Positions 1 to 20,448 of a DNA stretch of 64,000 bases are shown in pieces; within the stretch, counting starts at the first letter, position 1, and the number at the start of each line of letters is the position of its first letter. The DNA is from Eledone cirrhosa (lineage: Eukaryota). Made by a program: the position numbers and the translations under genes. The DNA is taken from contig OZ024754.1 in NCBI GenBank assembly GCA_964016885.1, positions 26,722,001-26,786,000 of the forward strand, written 5' to 3'. The notes beneath the pieces were generated by a model. It did no database searches. It was not told the DNA's origin and saw nothing but the letters and a program-made list of their open reading frames with translations.

Positions 1-79
1 CTCCCGGCAGATAACCCCCTTTAACCGCTTCCTTGGAGTCGACTGAAGCACTGTAGTGCAATGCAACAAAACGTCAACT

Positions 80-325
80 TCTGGAGTTCGCAACCGATTT
101 TCACAAAGCTTGACACATGGGCTACGTTTGTTCTACAGATGAATGTGAATTGGCACATATTGAATAGGGGACCCCTGATGATTTTGTAAAAGTATAGTTT
201 TTGAAGCAGCACTGAAGTATTGACATAAATGGTGTGCCCCAGCATGGCCTCAGCCGGATGGCTGAAAAAGGTAAAAGAGTATAACTGCTATTTAATACCC
301 GAGCAACGCGGGGTACCTCTGCTAG
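80..325 (+). mobile_element. Non-autonomous Helitron 3' end
   Basis: GC hairpin cccgagcaacgcgggg followed by CTAG|T at 322-326. Confidence 0.65.
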
Positions 326-484
326 TATATATATATATATATATATATACATACACACACACCCACATATATATATTTGATCGAATTTCTCTCAAAAGAT
401 TATTCAATTGATTCGTTAAACCTTAGTTCACCAACATGCTGTAACCAGAATCATTAACTTCCTGTGCTCTCTCTCGCCCCCCCC

Positions 485-524
<40 letters not shown>

Positions 525-704
525 TTTCCACAGAGCAGCGCGTGTGTGTAAGTGGGGGGTATGTCGGTAACAGCTGAGAGAATGGAGTACCCAATACTGA
601 AGTAGAGTTTAAATATTCATTATATTAAGGCTAGAAAGTGAGTTTTATTACTTTGGAGTTTTGCTTGTTTATCACAGGGTCATCAGACAGAACAAGACAG
701 ACTT

Positions 705-752
705 CTTGTCTGATGACCCTGTGATAAACAGGCAAAACTACAGGGTAACAAG
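705..752 (+). ncRNA. Degenerate hammerhead (GAAA to AAAA) inside fold-back 612-785
   Basis: cttgt-CTGATGA-c cctgt gataa acagg c-AAAA-ctacaggg-TA-acaag. Confidence 0.55.
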
Positions 753-797
753 ACTCACTTTCTAGCCTTAATACAATGAATATATATATATATATAT

Positions 798-1468
798 TCT
801 GAATCATTGAGCACTTTTCGCACATCTCGGAGGTTGTTTTTCGTTATTTCGTGGGCCGAAATGCGAATCTCAATAATTTATGTTTGTATTTATCTCCAGA
901 CTCTAGCTATTGACCAGTTAATTTTCTTGATTTTTTAGTTGATTCTATTGACTGATGAATAGCTTATGTTAATTTTAACCCTTCTGTTGAGAACTCTATT
1001 CGATTTGTGATGTTTTTGCATTCTTGCAAGAATATACACAACTGAATTCATTCGCCAGATATAGGGGTTGCCTCCCTTACCGATCCCCAAGTGGGGTCGG
1101 CAATAGTCAGTCCTTGTATTAACATTGAACTAAAACCTGTTGAGAAAGTGGCTTCCTTGTTCAATCATCTTACCATAAGCCTGACATTATATATGTAAGC
1201 GGACGGTACTTGATTTAGGAGCCGCAGAAACCCATATACTGGATTTTACCAACCTTCCAGGGGTCCGGGTAAATTTTCAATACCCGAATTACTTGATCGT
1301 TTTTTTGGCTATGCGAATGATTGTTTAACCATCGTCTCAGTGTGTTTGGCCTTTAACGTTTGTTATAGCTCTGGTTCTTCTGAATCATTGAGCACTTGCC
1401 GCACATCTCGGAGGTTGTTTTTCGTTATTTCGTGGGCCGAAATGCGAATCTCGATAATTTATGTTTGT
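798..1468 (-). mobile_element. Decayed Penelope-like fragment bounded by ~90-bp direct repeats
   Basis: 798-887 repeated at 1378-1468; minus strand KHHKSNRVLNRRVKINISYSS resembles the RYNKNFNRNLVKISYSC motif. Confidence 0.5.
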
Positions 1469-2239
1469 TTATATATATATATATATATATTTAAAAAAAT
1501 AGAGGTGTAACACACGAGTTGTGATAGGAAAAGAAAATGCTGACAAATTTTTCCCAGTGAAAAATAGTTTAATTAGGAATAAGTATAAATTAGTAATATG
1601 TATTGGTTAGTATTCAGTTTTAGTTTTACGTTTTTACCGGTTGCGCATTTCTAATGCTTTTCAAAAACAATTTTGAGATAGAGCGCTCGTGATGTTTGGT
1701 CTATTAAAGCTACAACATACCCGCTCAGGCTAAGAACGAAAGACTTGCTGAAGAAGTAAATCCTATGTTCTGTCGTCAAAACCATTATATTGCAGACTCC
1801 TGCAATAGGAATTTGTCGATCTTGGATTTGCAGGAACTTAGCGCTGATATTGAGTGCTATATGTGATCTGCATGGTTGATATACAATGTAAGTTATATAT
1901 TTTGCACTCGGCCTCACCGCTACGTCCGGGTCAGTATAAAATCTTTTCCTGGGTCCTGTATTTTCGTTGCTCGAGTGATGCGGCTGGACTGCCGACCGCT
2001 ATATCTCAGTTGCTAAGCTGTCTGAACAAAATGTTATTACTCTGGGGTCTTTCCTCATCTGAGTGCTCAAGCTACAGACCGATTATGCATATACGCTAGC
2101 TTGTCCGTATTCTAAAGCTTCGTCAATGGTGTACTAAAATTTATATATATATACCAATGAAGGTTGGAAAATCACTGATGAAGGATTATTTTTATCATAT
2201 GTAACCCATGTGCAACCACGCAGTATTCATTCTTCTCAT

Positions 2240-2316
<77 letters not shown>

Positions 2317-2929
2317 AAGGGTTGACGGACCCAGCATATTTATCAATGCCAGTACCGGTTGTAGCAAAAGTCAGCGCACTAGGCAAAACTACAGAGTAAT
2401 ATATAATGTGTAGATCCCGAGTAAAATGAGGAATAACCACAGTAAGTAAGATATTCAATACATTAGTAGAGTATGAACATCATTTAATATAGATATGGCT
2501 TCTACATGATTCTACATTCGTATGGAATCATGAGGAATGCATTCAATTCTGATGATTTCATATGAATGAAACAGTTCTAGTCATGTAGAAGCCATTTCTA
2601 TATTGCATATATATATATATATATATATTGTATGTAGGAAAGATCGACTTTCGTCAAATCGGACCGAGGGAACAATGTTTCCGTTGGTCTTTCCAATTGC
2701 TAATACTATCTATCGGTCGCAACTCCAGGTAGAAGGAGCAACGTGAAATAAAGTGTCTTGCTCAAGGACATAACGCATCGCTTGGTCCAGGAATCGAACT
2801 CACAACCTTACGATTGCGAATCCAATTCTCTAACCACTCAGCCACACGCCTTCACTATTGTATATATATATATATTGTATATATATATATATTGTATATA
2901 CATATATATATATATTGTATATATATATC

Positions 2930-4160
2930 TATCTATCTAAGGCGGGTAAAATTCCCGAGATCCATGGACGAGTTCTCTCCAGCGGTCTCTGTCCCTCATT
3001 ATCGCTGCCATGTCCTGCGTCTCCAACAGACCAGTGTCTGTCATTAGGGCATCAACATACGTTAACCTTGGTCTTCCTCTTCTAGTGTGTCCATGTAGGG
3101 GCTCCCAAAGGAGCACTGAGTGCAATGTCAACTCTGGATCCAGCCTGAGATGGAGAAGAAGCTCAGGGACAACCAGAACGGCTTCAGAGAGGGTAGATCA
3201 ACCACCAGTCACATCCTGATGCTGAGGAGGATATTAGAGGGAGCTAGAGCAAAGTGCCTTCCTGCGGTCATGGTTTTCATTGGCTTTAGGAAGGCCTTTG
3301 ATTCTGTGGAGCGTTACTGCCTGATGAAGATCTTACAGGCTTATGGAATCCCCAAGAAGATAGTGGACCTGATATCACTGCTCTACACCAACACCAAAGC
3401 CCGAGTCATTACACCTGATGGGATGACAGAGTTCTTTGAGATACTGGCTGGAGTGCTCCAGGGAGATACATTAGCTCCCTACCTTTTTATCATCGTAGTG
3501 GACTATTGTATGCGCCTTGCACTGGAGAAACACCAGGACTCTGACTTTACTGTAGCACCGGCTCAGAGCAGGAGAGTTAGGGCGAAAAAGGTATCGGATG
3601 CTGAATTTTCCGACGACATAGTTTTGGTGACAAATAAAGTGAAGGAGGCAGAGGATTTGATGCGGGAGGTTGAGACTGTGTCGATGAGTGTGGGGCTGAG
3701 AATGAATGAGACTAAAACAAAATATCTGGTAGAGAATGTTGAGAAGCCAGAGGGGATCACTAATATAGGCGGGAAGCCGCTAGAATTGGTTGAGGGCTTC
3801 CTGTATTTGGGAGCAAAGATTGGGAATACGGAAGATGATGTGGTTGAGAGGAAGAGCAAGGCCTGGGCGGCGTGCCACAGCTTGAGATCGGTGTGGAAGT
3901 CGGACCTTCGTAGAGACCTGAAAGTCCGCCTCTTCATTGCTGTAGTGGAGTCTGTGCTGGTGTATGGGTCTGAGACTTGGACACTGACCAAGAAACTCAC
4001 TCAGATGGTGGATGGGTGCTACACGAGAATGTTGAGGATGGCTCTGAACATTAATCAGTATACACTGAGGATGAAAAACTCAGAGGTGTATGGGAGCCTC
4101 CCAAAAGTCAGCTCAAAAGTGACACAGTGGAGACTGAGGTTAGCTGGACATGCTCCAGAG
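2930..4160. mobile_element. RTE-clade LINE with 5' inversion (twin-priming structure)
   Basis: 3' end (PELTLHSVLLWEP..RGRPRLT..DRDRWR) on minus 2937-3140 with a TAGA tail; RT (QNGFR, AFDSV, GVLQGD, FSDD) on plus 3133-4160 ending LAGHAPE. Confidence 0.9.
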
Positions 4161-4378
4161 TATATATATATATATACAAGATTCATTGACTTGTCTCTCT
4201 TTTCCTCTCTTTACGTTGTTTGTTTACTTTCCCGTCCCGATAACTTATTTTAGTTATCGCTCGCACTGATTTTGAGGTATCTAGTCTTTAATGCGAAGAA
4301 ATACGAATGATAATCAGCAGACTACTGATGATGGACAGTCCCGTCTCTCGGTCTCTTTTCATTCATATGTATATATAT

Positions 4379-4464
<86 letters not shown>

Positions 4465-5860
4465 GGAGGTGAGTTTTATTGTAGCACAATGAAGCAATGC
4501 AAATATCGGACAAGTAGCACTCTACAGTTTGTAGGACTGGAGTATAAATAATATATATTATATTATATATATATATATTATATATATATATACATATATA
4601 TACAAATTTTTAACCCTCTTTCTCACTCTCTTTCCTTCCCCTCTTCTCCTTTTACCAATCTCCGTCTCTCCCTCTCCTTTCTTTCTCAGTCTCTATCTCT
4701 CCTTTCTTTCCTATACCACACGCACACTCTTTCTTGCTATTTCATCTCAGGTAAAATAAAAATGAAATGACTTTCCAGCTTGTGTGGTACTTGAACACAC
4801 AACTCCAGTGTCCTATCCACATTGTGACGTCACCAACAAAGTTATATATATAACTGATTAACTTTATATTTTCTTTGTTAATTAATCAACAATCGCGATA
4901 GACAAGTGAAGTTTCCCGACCAAAGCCAATCTAATCATCTATCATTTCTCGTATGTTTCTACACACACACACATGCGTGCGCGCATACACATGCACACAT
5001 GCGTGCGCTCACACACACATATATATTTAAGTGTGTGTGGTGTGGTATCTGTTTGTGTTCACTAATACAGACACAAATGCTATTTTCAGATGTTATAAGC
5101 GGCATTTGATTGACATTTTTGCCTAGCCATCCACTCATGTCTCATCTGTTTTTAATCATCTCTCAATAAATACCAAATTGTAGTTTTAATAACAAATTTA
5201 GAACGGCCCACAATGAGGTGACCAGAACCGGCACTTGGCTATTTAGCACCATAGGCTGGCTCTACAATAGGCTCTACAATAGGCTCTACAATAGGCGAAA
5301 CGTTTTATTAAAAATCCTAAACAAATCTATTTCAAATAACAGCACTACAGATATTTAAAAATGAAAGAGAAAGGCTCTTGGGTTCACAGAAGAATGAGTG
5401 GGGGAGGGCCTACAGCGCGGTGGTGTTAGGGCTGCCCCTGCGGACATGCCCCCTAAAACATTTCCTAGTTTCAACTTACAGTTCGCTGACAAACCTGGTT
5501 CTTGACACACCATGTTTAGATCACAAAAGGGTTAAAAATAAATAAAATAAAAATTACTGAGCCTGTATTTTCTGCTATACAGTCCACACTCATCCACATT
5601 AAATCACGAGACAGGTCATAACATCATAATACCCTCTCCACGTACTTTGGATTATCACACACGCACACATATACACATACACACGCACATAGACCAACAC
5701 AACCACCCACACCTTCTTGGTAAATGTGAATATATATATGTATATATATTTTTACACACACACTCACACACACACACATATATACATTTGCATGTATAAG
5801 ACTTTGTATTTTTGCATCCTTGTATTTATTTTGTTTTATTTGTTCAACTATATATATATA

Positions 5861-6031
<171 letters not shown>

Positions 6032-6062
6032 TTCTCTCTCTATATATATATCTTTCTTTATT

Positions 6063-6102
<40 letters not shown>

Positions 6103-7178
6103 GGGTGGGGTGTATATGTGTGTCCGTGTCCATATGTATGTGTGTGCACGCGTATGTATACATACATACGATTAAAGAGAACACGAAAGATCGATATCGA
6201 TGGTAAGTCAATCTGAGGTGTAGGTATAGGAGGGAGAAGGAAAGAATGAATGCAAGAGAGAGAGAGAGGGGGGGAGATAGGGAGAGAGAGAGAGAGGGAG
6301 AGAGAGAGGGAGAGAGAGAGAGGGAGAGAGAGAGAGAGAGACTGAGAGAAAAAGAGTAGAGATAGAAAGGAGGGTGAGTAGAAGTAAAGAAGGTGTCCAG
6401 TGTTTATGTAAACATGTCGTCAACACCGCCTCCCTCGTCTAATACACGCCTTGATTTGTATCTATTTTCTATCTTACCAACCTTACCTTGCAATTATTAT
6501 TCCACCAGCCAGCCACCACCACCACCATCACCACTACCACTACAATCACAACTATCTTATCAGCCCACGAATTTCCTTCCCAGCTCACCAACCAACTACC
6601 TCCACCACCATCACCACCACCATCACACCACCACCATCACCTCATCAGCCCATTAACTCATCCCCAGATCACCAACCCACAAGTCTATTAATCTGCACCC
6701 CCTCCCTTCCTAGTCGACCATTGCCCACTAGTCCGCCAGGCCAATCATCATCTCTTAGCCATCGTTTTTCCATGCATGCATGAGTCTGAGCTGCCTACAA
6801 CGACAACGACGACAACGACAACGACAACGACAACAACAGCTAACAAAACAATCGGTTAGGTGTAAAACTGATCCAAACAGCTTGGCTCGCTCCATAATGC
6901 TTTCAGCAGTACGGATGTCTCTCTTACACAACACACTGGGTTGAAAAGGGAGGTACAGAAGAAAAAAGAAGACGTAGAAGAAGTACAAGGAGGAGGATAA
7001 GGAGAAATAAAGAAAAAAGAGAGATCCATTGAAAGATAGAGAGAGAGACAGACAGAGAGATTTGCATTAAATACAACATATTACAACAGAGTCTTAACGG
7101 AAAGACGCGCATCTTTTTTTACCAAAAGAAGAAGCCATGCGCTCCAAAGACGGTGTTAGCAAGTTTCAGTTAGTTAAC

Positions 7179-7233
7179 ATGAGAAACACTGTCATTTTCT
7201 TTGTACTTGTGCTGGCAATTTTGCAAACAACAG
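7179..7233 (+). CDS. Exon 1 of large secreted EGF-cadherin-repeat protein: signal peptide
   Basis: ATG...MRNTVIFFVLVLAILQTT (basic N-region, hydrophobic core), ends CAG|gttaga, phase 1. Confidence 0.75.
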
Positions 7234-7321
7234 GTTAGACATTTCTTTATAATATTTCTTGGCATTCTTTAACACTTTCGTTACCATGTTTCTAATTCTT
7301 GTCGTATGATTTATGCACAAT

Positions 7322-7520
7322 AGTTAGATAAACAGATCGAGATCGGTGAACCAGACCAAGACGTCATTTTCAGCATTATGGATTGCTTCTAGGCCACCGG
7401 GAAAACGTCTGAAGGGAGCAATCCCTAGCAACATGCAATACTGTCTGGTTAGGGTCCCACAGTCACATGCTGGGCTGCCTTTTATTTCCCATCGATGAAG
7501 ATGATTGGCTGTCCTAGCAA
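7322..7520 (-). mobile_element. LINE 3' terminus fragment
   Basis: HLHRWEIKGSPACDCG...RRFPGGLEAIH, a CCHC-type LINE ORF2 C-terminus, then a short tail. Confidence 0.65.
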
Positions 7521-8043
7521 TGTACTGGTCAAACTCCCCCACACTCCAAAAATAGCTGGTTTCGTGTCTAATAAGAAATCATTCTTTAATACAATTTAAT
7601 ATATTTATCTATTGGAGAATGTGAGAATGAGGAAAATGGGACAAAAGACAATGGCTATAATTACCAAATCATTTTGAAAACAATCAAAGGATTTAGTAAT
7701 ACAGCAAACAGTCGCGCACCAAATCATTACATCTAGCATACATGTACATTGAATTGTATTAATAACAAAAATATGTATTGAAATAACAAAGGTATCATTT
7801 ACATCATCCTGTCATCTTTGATATAAAGTACTGACTGAGTTCAATGGCTGACATCTTGTACGATACCTCACACTTGATCATTCCTCTACCTCCATTTTAT
7901 CAAGGGAGATAGAGGCGATCCACAACACAACCAGATGATTGTAATTAAATTAAATGTAAGTGATAATTCGGTTATTTGTTAATACAATACGTTAAGACAT
8001 TTAATGCTTTGATGCGAGACTTAAGGCCAACCTTTTCATTAAG

Positions 8044-8108
8044 CTGATGTTTGGAATATAAAATTTCTTCCTTAAAATTATGATTACAAAATAAACAAAT
8101 TTGCTAAG
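8044..8108 (+). CDS. Putative exon 2 (phase 1 to 0), contains in-frame TAA at 8073-8075
   Basis: Acceptor ccttttcattaag|, strong donor AAG|gtaaga; reads (A)DVWNIKFLP*NYDYKINKFAK; bridges the phases of exon 1 and exon 3 exactly. Confidence 0.5.
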
Positions 8109-8459
8109 GTAAGATTATTTTGTTATCTTAGCAATCTTGATTTTCTTTCTAGTGCATTGTATGATTTTCAAAATTATTTAAATTTGTGTTTCCTATTCAA
8201 CAATGCTTCAAGCAAACTTCAACACTCTGTTATCTAAACACTTTTATATCATAAACTTAGGGGCGGTTATTTGGTATCAAAAGGTGCATTTTTTATATAT
8301 CTTTTCTGGCTCTTGTCGAGGTCAAATTAGCCTTTAATCCTTCCGGGAGTCGATAAAATAAAAAACCAGTCAAGTACTAGGTCAATTTAATCGACTTTCC
8401 TACTCACTTTTTTCTAAATTAGAGACCATTATCAAGTTGGTGGATTGGCAGAATCGTTA

Positions 8460-8548
<89 letters not shown>

Positions 8549-9221
8549 AACACACACACATATATATACATTTCTTTAAAATAAAATCTTTGAAACCAGA
8601 ACACATAAGTACTCTACTTCCGCGACCTGCCGATTTCCTGTCTTCGATATTTTCCCCTAACCTGTTCACAATATTTATTAGTAAGAAAATATATCGTTAC
8701 TAAGATATATTGTGAATAGTTTAGGGAAAAATATCAATGAATTCACTTGATAAGATCGTTAAATCGAACCATAGAACAGCTTATTACGATTTCTAATCTA
8801 GCACGTATAATAATAATAAGCCCAGGGAATTTGTTCGCTGTCACACCAAGGAGAAAACGCGATAAATAGAGTGTATATGAGTGGAAAGTAAAATTGAAGT
8901 GAGTCGAAGGATGAAATGTTTAACATACTGGTTTAAGTGGTTAACATGATTCTGAACTCATAAATAAATTTACGACATTTTTTTTTTATCCGGTGTTCTA
9001 ACGTCCCTGTCAATCCACCTCAATTACTAAGGTCAACTTTGATTATCATTTTTTTCAAGGGAGATTAAGTAAGGAGCAATCAAGTACGGAGGGGTCGATA
9101 TTATCAACTGCAACTCTTATTCAAGTGCTTGAAACAAAAACCAGAAACCAATATAACACAAACAATAACAACAACAACAATAACAACAACATCAACTGTA
9201 TTGTTATTTTGTGTACTCTAG

Positions 9222-9271
9222 GTACACAAATCTAAGTTGTTAGACAGAGGGGTCACCCTACAAGAGGGAAG
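9222..9271 (+). CDS. Putative exon 3 (phase 0 to 2)
   Basis: ttgtgtactctag|VHKSKLLDRGVTLQEG(R)|gtaaat; phase fits the EGF exon. Confidence 0.55.
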
Positions 9272-9364
9272 GTAAATGAGCAGTTGTAATGTTCATGGGT
9301 TTCACAATGCCATTATAGTCAGGTTTTCTGACAATAAACTCCTCTATAGACACACACATACACG

Positions 9365-9411
<47 letters not shown>

Positions 9412-9433
9412 CACACATATATATATATATGTA

Positions 9434-9739
9434 TTATTGAGTAAAATGAGAGGAGGCCGGACTGGTGAAATTCCTTCAAAGATTTATTTCAGCAAACACT
9501 ACGGAACCTGACCACTGAAATGTACGTAGTGTTTGCTGAAATAAATCTTTGAAGGAATTTCACCAGTCCGGCCTCCTCTCATTTTACTCAATAATGATTA
9601 ACTCCGTTCTCGTACCACCAACAAAATTCAACATCAAAGATGGATGAGTTGCATAACGTCGAGTACTTTTCCTAATATTACATTATGGTTAACTACACGG
9701 AATGACCAGATCTATCCAGGGGCGAACCACCGAAGTTAA

Positions 9740-9745
<6 letters not shown>
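9434..9745. repeat. Asymmetric fold-back
   Basis: Arms about 9434-9502 and 9524-9594 plus a ~150-nt unpaired tail before (TA)n. Confidence 0.85.
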
Positions 9746-13839
<4,094 letters not shown>

Positions 13840-14053
13840 GGAATTTCAGCATAATCGAAGCTCTGGCTGCAGCTATGCTAACGAATGCAATCGGAATGTG
13901 CAGCTAAGCACTCAATAAGGTATTTTACCTTAGAGTAATAACATAACCTTTAGACAGCTTGGCAAATTGAAGATTGCGACTGGTGAGCCAGCCGCAAGGA
14001 CCAAAGCAACGAGAAAACCAACTCAGGATATATATATATAAGAGTGTGTGAGA

Positions 14054-14184
<131 letters not shown>

Positions 14185-14400
14185 GGCGCATAGCCTAATG
14201 GTCAGGATGCTTGACATTGCATCGTAATGCAATCGGTTCGATTCCTGGAAAGCTGCTGCGTTGTGTTCTTGAGCAAAACATTTTATTTCATATTGCTCCA
14301 GTACACTCAGCTGTGAGTGAGTACCAGCTGGGAAATTAATCCTGCGATAGACCGGTTTCCTATCCAGGGAGAGTCTTGTACACTCAGTCGCTTCACGCCA
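14185..14400 (+). mobile_element. tRNA-derived SINE, second family (related minus-strand copies at about 2640-2835 and 45660-45855)
   Basis: ggcgcatagcctaatggtcagg...ggttcgattcc A/B boxes followed by gcgttgtgttcttgagcaa. Confidence 0.75.
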
Positions 14401-14989
14401 TATTTTCTTCTGTTCATCTTTTTCAGAATCAACAAAGACATGCCAGACTCAAGATGGAAGCAAAACGTGAGGCTTTTATTTATTCTTTAATACATAGATA
14501 TATCCTGTTCTTCTTGAAATAATTATACATTTCTCAGTTTCTTCTCTATATACGGCAGAGTTGTGGTAGTGATGTAGTCGTGTTTATAGTGTTTTAGTCC
14601 GTGAAACATATGCACACACACAAGGTCCAAATACAAAAGAATCAAACTCCTACTATCTCTCCCGCTTTCCCCATCTCTCACTATTATGAGCAAATGGGGG
14701 CCCACGCGCTGCCCGCCCTACGGCCCCGGCAGACAGTATACTAGCAGATCAGTCAATTCTAGCAGAAACCTTTAGATCTATAGAGCGGAGATATACTCAT
14801 GTAATCGCCTCCATTACAGATAACGTATTGAAAGCACCCTGGGTACACCTTTGCACGGTTATACGTTCAAATCTTCACTCACGGAATTAATAATGGTAAC
14901 AACCGAGGATATAGAGAATATGTTTTCTTACAACCCCGTTTTACTATATATGTATATATATATATATATATATACACACACATATATTA

Positions 14990-17125
<2,136 letters not shown>

Positions 17126-17129
17126 TTTG

Positions 17130-17175
<46 letters not shown>

Positions 17176-17368
17176 AAACGAAAAATCAGTGATGCAACTG
17201 AACTCATTTTATTGTGTGTTACAATTGTTTCGCCGGCGGACAGCTCGAGACACGATCATTGTGTGGATCTATCTAATTCTGGATCCGCAGGTTCGACGGA
17301 CACATCTAATGATTTCGGAGCAAATTTTCTCGCCATACCGCCTATGGAAGCATCTTAGCTACCATCAG

Positions 17369-17573
<205 letters not shown>

Positions 17574-17885
17574 TATATTTATTTAGGTTTGTTGGTTCAC
17601 CACTGGATAGAACTGGTCATTCCGTATGGTCAACCTCGATGTAATATTATGGAGAGCACTCGACGTAATACAGCTTGAGGGCGGTTGACCGGTCTGGTAG
17701 CTCCTAAATGGTCGGCCGCCCTCATGTCTCTGATTTTCAGCACCATGGATTTTGTCTATTATATTCCTTTGTTATATTTCGAATACCTGATGATGTCACC
17801 GGATTCATAATGAACGCAGTCATTGAAATTGATCATAGTATAATAAACTTTTTAAGGAATTACATCAGTCTGGCCTCCTGTTATT

Positions 17886-17929
<44 letters not shown>

Positions 17930-17979
17930 TATATATATATATATAAATATATACACACCCATACATATATATATATATA

Positions 17980-18357
17980 TGGTGGCTGCCAACTCGTTTT
18001 CGAGTACGGCCACTACTTTATATCCATGTAGGAGAACCCCTACCGATGCGCTGAACGAGTGTGACCTTTTAGTCCAGCCAGCGACTCGAAAACTTTGGTA
18101 CAAACACTACACTTGTGACAATTATTGACTCATAGTGCTGGGCCCATGGTACCATGTGATGACAAGTGCAGAGAGATCTCCAGATATAAAGCAATGCCTG
18201 TGCCGTGAAGCTTTTATAGTGAGCAAAGGCACTGCACAAAGCCAGTCCCACTCTCTTAACCAAGATGATATTTACCAAAAGGAAGAACAAGTCAACATCA
18301 TTGGATACCATCAGGGTTGCAGGTGTTATATCAGAGTTTTCCTTCTAGAATTCTGCC

Positions 18358-18358
<1 letters not shown>
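17980..18358 (-). mobile_element. Second copy of the bipartite RTE derivative
   Basis: Reverse complement matches 62238-62635 with the same junction; ORF 18069-18311(-) nearly identical to 62318-62560(+). Confidence 0.9.
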
Positions 18359-18426
<68 letters not shown>

Positions 18427-18867
18427 GTACATAACATGCACAATATATACATACATAAATAAAGACATACACACATAAAGAAAAGCATGTCACTGCTTGT
18501 ATTTTCGTTTTATATTTGAAATGTAAAACACAAATACTGTTCAATAAAATACAGGCATTGCATTAATCACCTATATAAAGGACTAACTGGAGCAAAACGA
18601 TCAGGTATTAATTATTATTACCACAGCGGATGTCAACAAAAATACAATGACAATATTATTCTGCTTTAACGCTAGACACAAGCAAGGCCGTTGCTAATGT
18701 TGTTGCCAATGTTGTGAATGCAGTTGCGAATGTTGCTGCTAAAGCTACTGCTGCTGGTGTTGTTTTTTTAGTGTCGGCATTAGTGTATTTAATGCAATAT
18801 GCTCGATATAGCAGCTAGCTACATAGATACAGAAATATTGAAACCTCTCGACATGTTTGAAATAGTA

Positions 18868-19262
18868 TCTAAATAACCATTGGATATCTACCAGCCTCGT
18901 AGGTTAACCCTAAATAAACAAGTCTGGACCCTCTGGGTATTTAGACCCCCTAATAGGTTAACCCTAAATAAACAAGTCTGCTCACTGGCTATTTTGCCCC
19001 CTTGTGGGTTAACCCTAAATAAACAAATCTGGACCCTGGGTATTAAGCACCCTCGTAGGTAAGCTCTAAAAAACCAAGTTGGCCCTTACGTATTTAGCAC
19101 CCTCGTAGGTTAATCCTAAATAAACAAATCTCTGGCCATTTGGTACTTAACACTCTCATAGGTTAACCTTAAATAACCAAGTGTGGCCATTGGGTATTTA
19201 GCACCCTCGTAGGTTAACCCTAAATAAACAAAACTGACATCTGAGTATTTAGCACCCTAGGT
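18868..19262. repeat. Diverged minisatellite, ~56-bp unit, about 7 copies
   Basis: Recurrent taggttaaccctaaataaacaa...gtatttagcaccctcg. Confidence 0.9.
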
Positions 19263-19351
19263 TTGCACTAGCCATATAACAGGTCATAACTACATACGAC
19301 CCTTTTTACCGCGGCAAAAGTTTGAACTATTATTTTATAATTTATGAAAGA

Positions 19352-19540
19352 GACGGTGGATTGGCAGTATCGGTAGAGGGTCGGACGCCATGCTTTCCAG
19401 CATAGTTACGTCCCTTTACGATCTGAGTTCAAATCCCGCCGAGGTTGACTTTGCCTTTCATCCTTACGGGGTCGATAAAATAAAGTACCAGTAATGCACT
19501 GGGTAATTGCTGGCTTTGTGCCTAAAGTAGAAACAATTAT
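19352..19540 (+). mobile_element. tRNA-derived SINE (octopus-type); further copies at about 28845-29025, 30163-30355, 31772-31975 and 32505-32722
   Basis: A-box-like tggcagtatcggtaga, B-box gagttcaaatcc, shared core gactttgcctttcatccttacggggtcgataaaataaagtaccagt. Confidence 0.85.
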
Positions 19541-19722
19541 TTTATATTTTATATTTAAGTTAATTAAACAAGTTTGTATAAAACTGATCTTTTAAGGTTC
19601 TGTGATATTTGCAAGAATTTGTGACAAATAAACTAATAAAGAAATCGTTACCAGCGGCAGCAGCAGCAGCAGCACCATCCCAACAAAAGCAACAACGATT
19701 TTATATTTTTCTTCTTTTCTAG

Positions 19723-19808
19723 AATTCCCTGTTATTATGGAGAATGTTCCCCCGTTGGTAGTTGTAGCTGCCATCCATGCTGGAAAGGAGCATACTGTGA
19801 TGTATTTG
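19723..19808 (+). CDS. Exon 4: EGF-like module
   Basis: ttcttttctag|IPCYYGECSPVGSCSCHPCWKGAYCDVF|gtacgt; C-x-C...G-x-x-C EGF pattern; phase 2 to 1. Confidence 0.85.
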
Positions 19809-19921
19809 GTACGTACAATTTACAGTTTTCTAGCAAAACCAAATACAATTTTGATCCTTTTCATACTAAAACACATGTAATTCCATCTCTGGTTCTTCGA
19901 CCAAAAACTGTTTGTCTAAAA

Positions 19922-20084
19922 CACTCATGGCCGAACTACGGCCCGCAAGCCGCATGTGGCTCATTTGGCTTTCTGAATAGCACCCTTAATTTCAAAATTA
20001 CCTTCAATTTTTAGTAGTGTGGCCCGCCTTATGATGAGCCACATCCTGTGCGGCTCACTGCTCGAAAAATGTTGCCCATGCCTG
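19922..20084. mobile_element. hAT (Charlie/Buster-type) MITE
   Basis: 8-bp TSD gtctaaaa at 19914-19921 and 20085-20092 with central TA; diverged TIRs CACTCATGGCC / GCCCATGCCTG; internal cggcccgc motifs. Confidence 0.85.
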
Positions 20085-20363
20085 GTCTAAAATGTATGTA
20101 TTTATCATAACAAACATTTCACTAGAATTTAAGAACCGTTGTTAAGTTATGCGCTGAATACGGATTTAAAGAGTATGTTATTAAGATTGCTCAATTCCTC
20201 CAAATTCTTGATTATTTTGAAAATTATATAAAATTCATAGACAGTGTCTTTCATTAGAATGATTGTTTATATTTATCTAAAAACTTTCCATCACAATGTC
20301 ATATATATATATATATATATATTCCGTTGGGCTTTCCTGATGATTTCTTCTAGTCCTGTAGAA

Positions 20364-20448
<85 letters not shown>

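Noticed and set aside
2545-2585. Additional hammerhead-like cores (2550, 4324, 20586, 41850, 42830, 50490, 51350)
   Set aside because: Core fragments are present but stem I or core bases are broken; counted only as decayed relics
6400-6790. Pro/His/Thr-rich ORFs upstream of exon 1
   Set aside because: Low-complexity (CAC/ACC)n sequence with no splice or domain support
19352-19440. tRNA gene
   Set aside because: A/B boxes belong to a multi-copy SINE head with no complete cloverleaf
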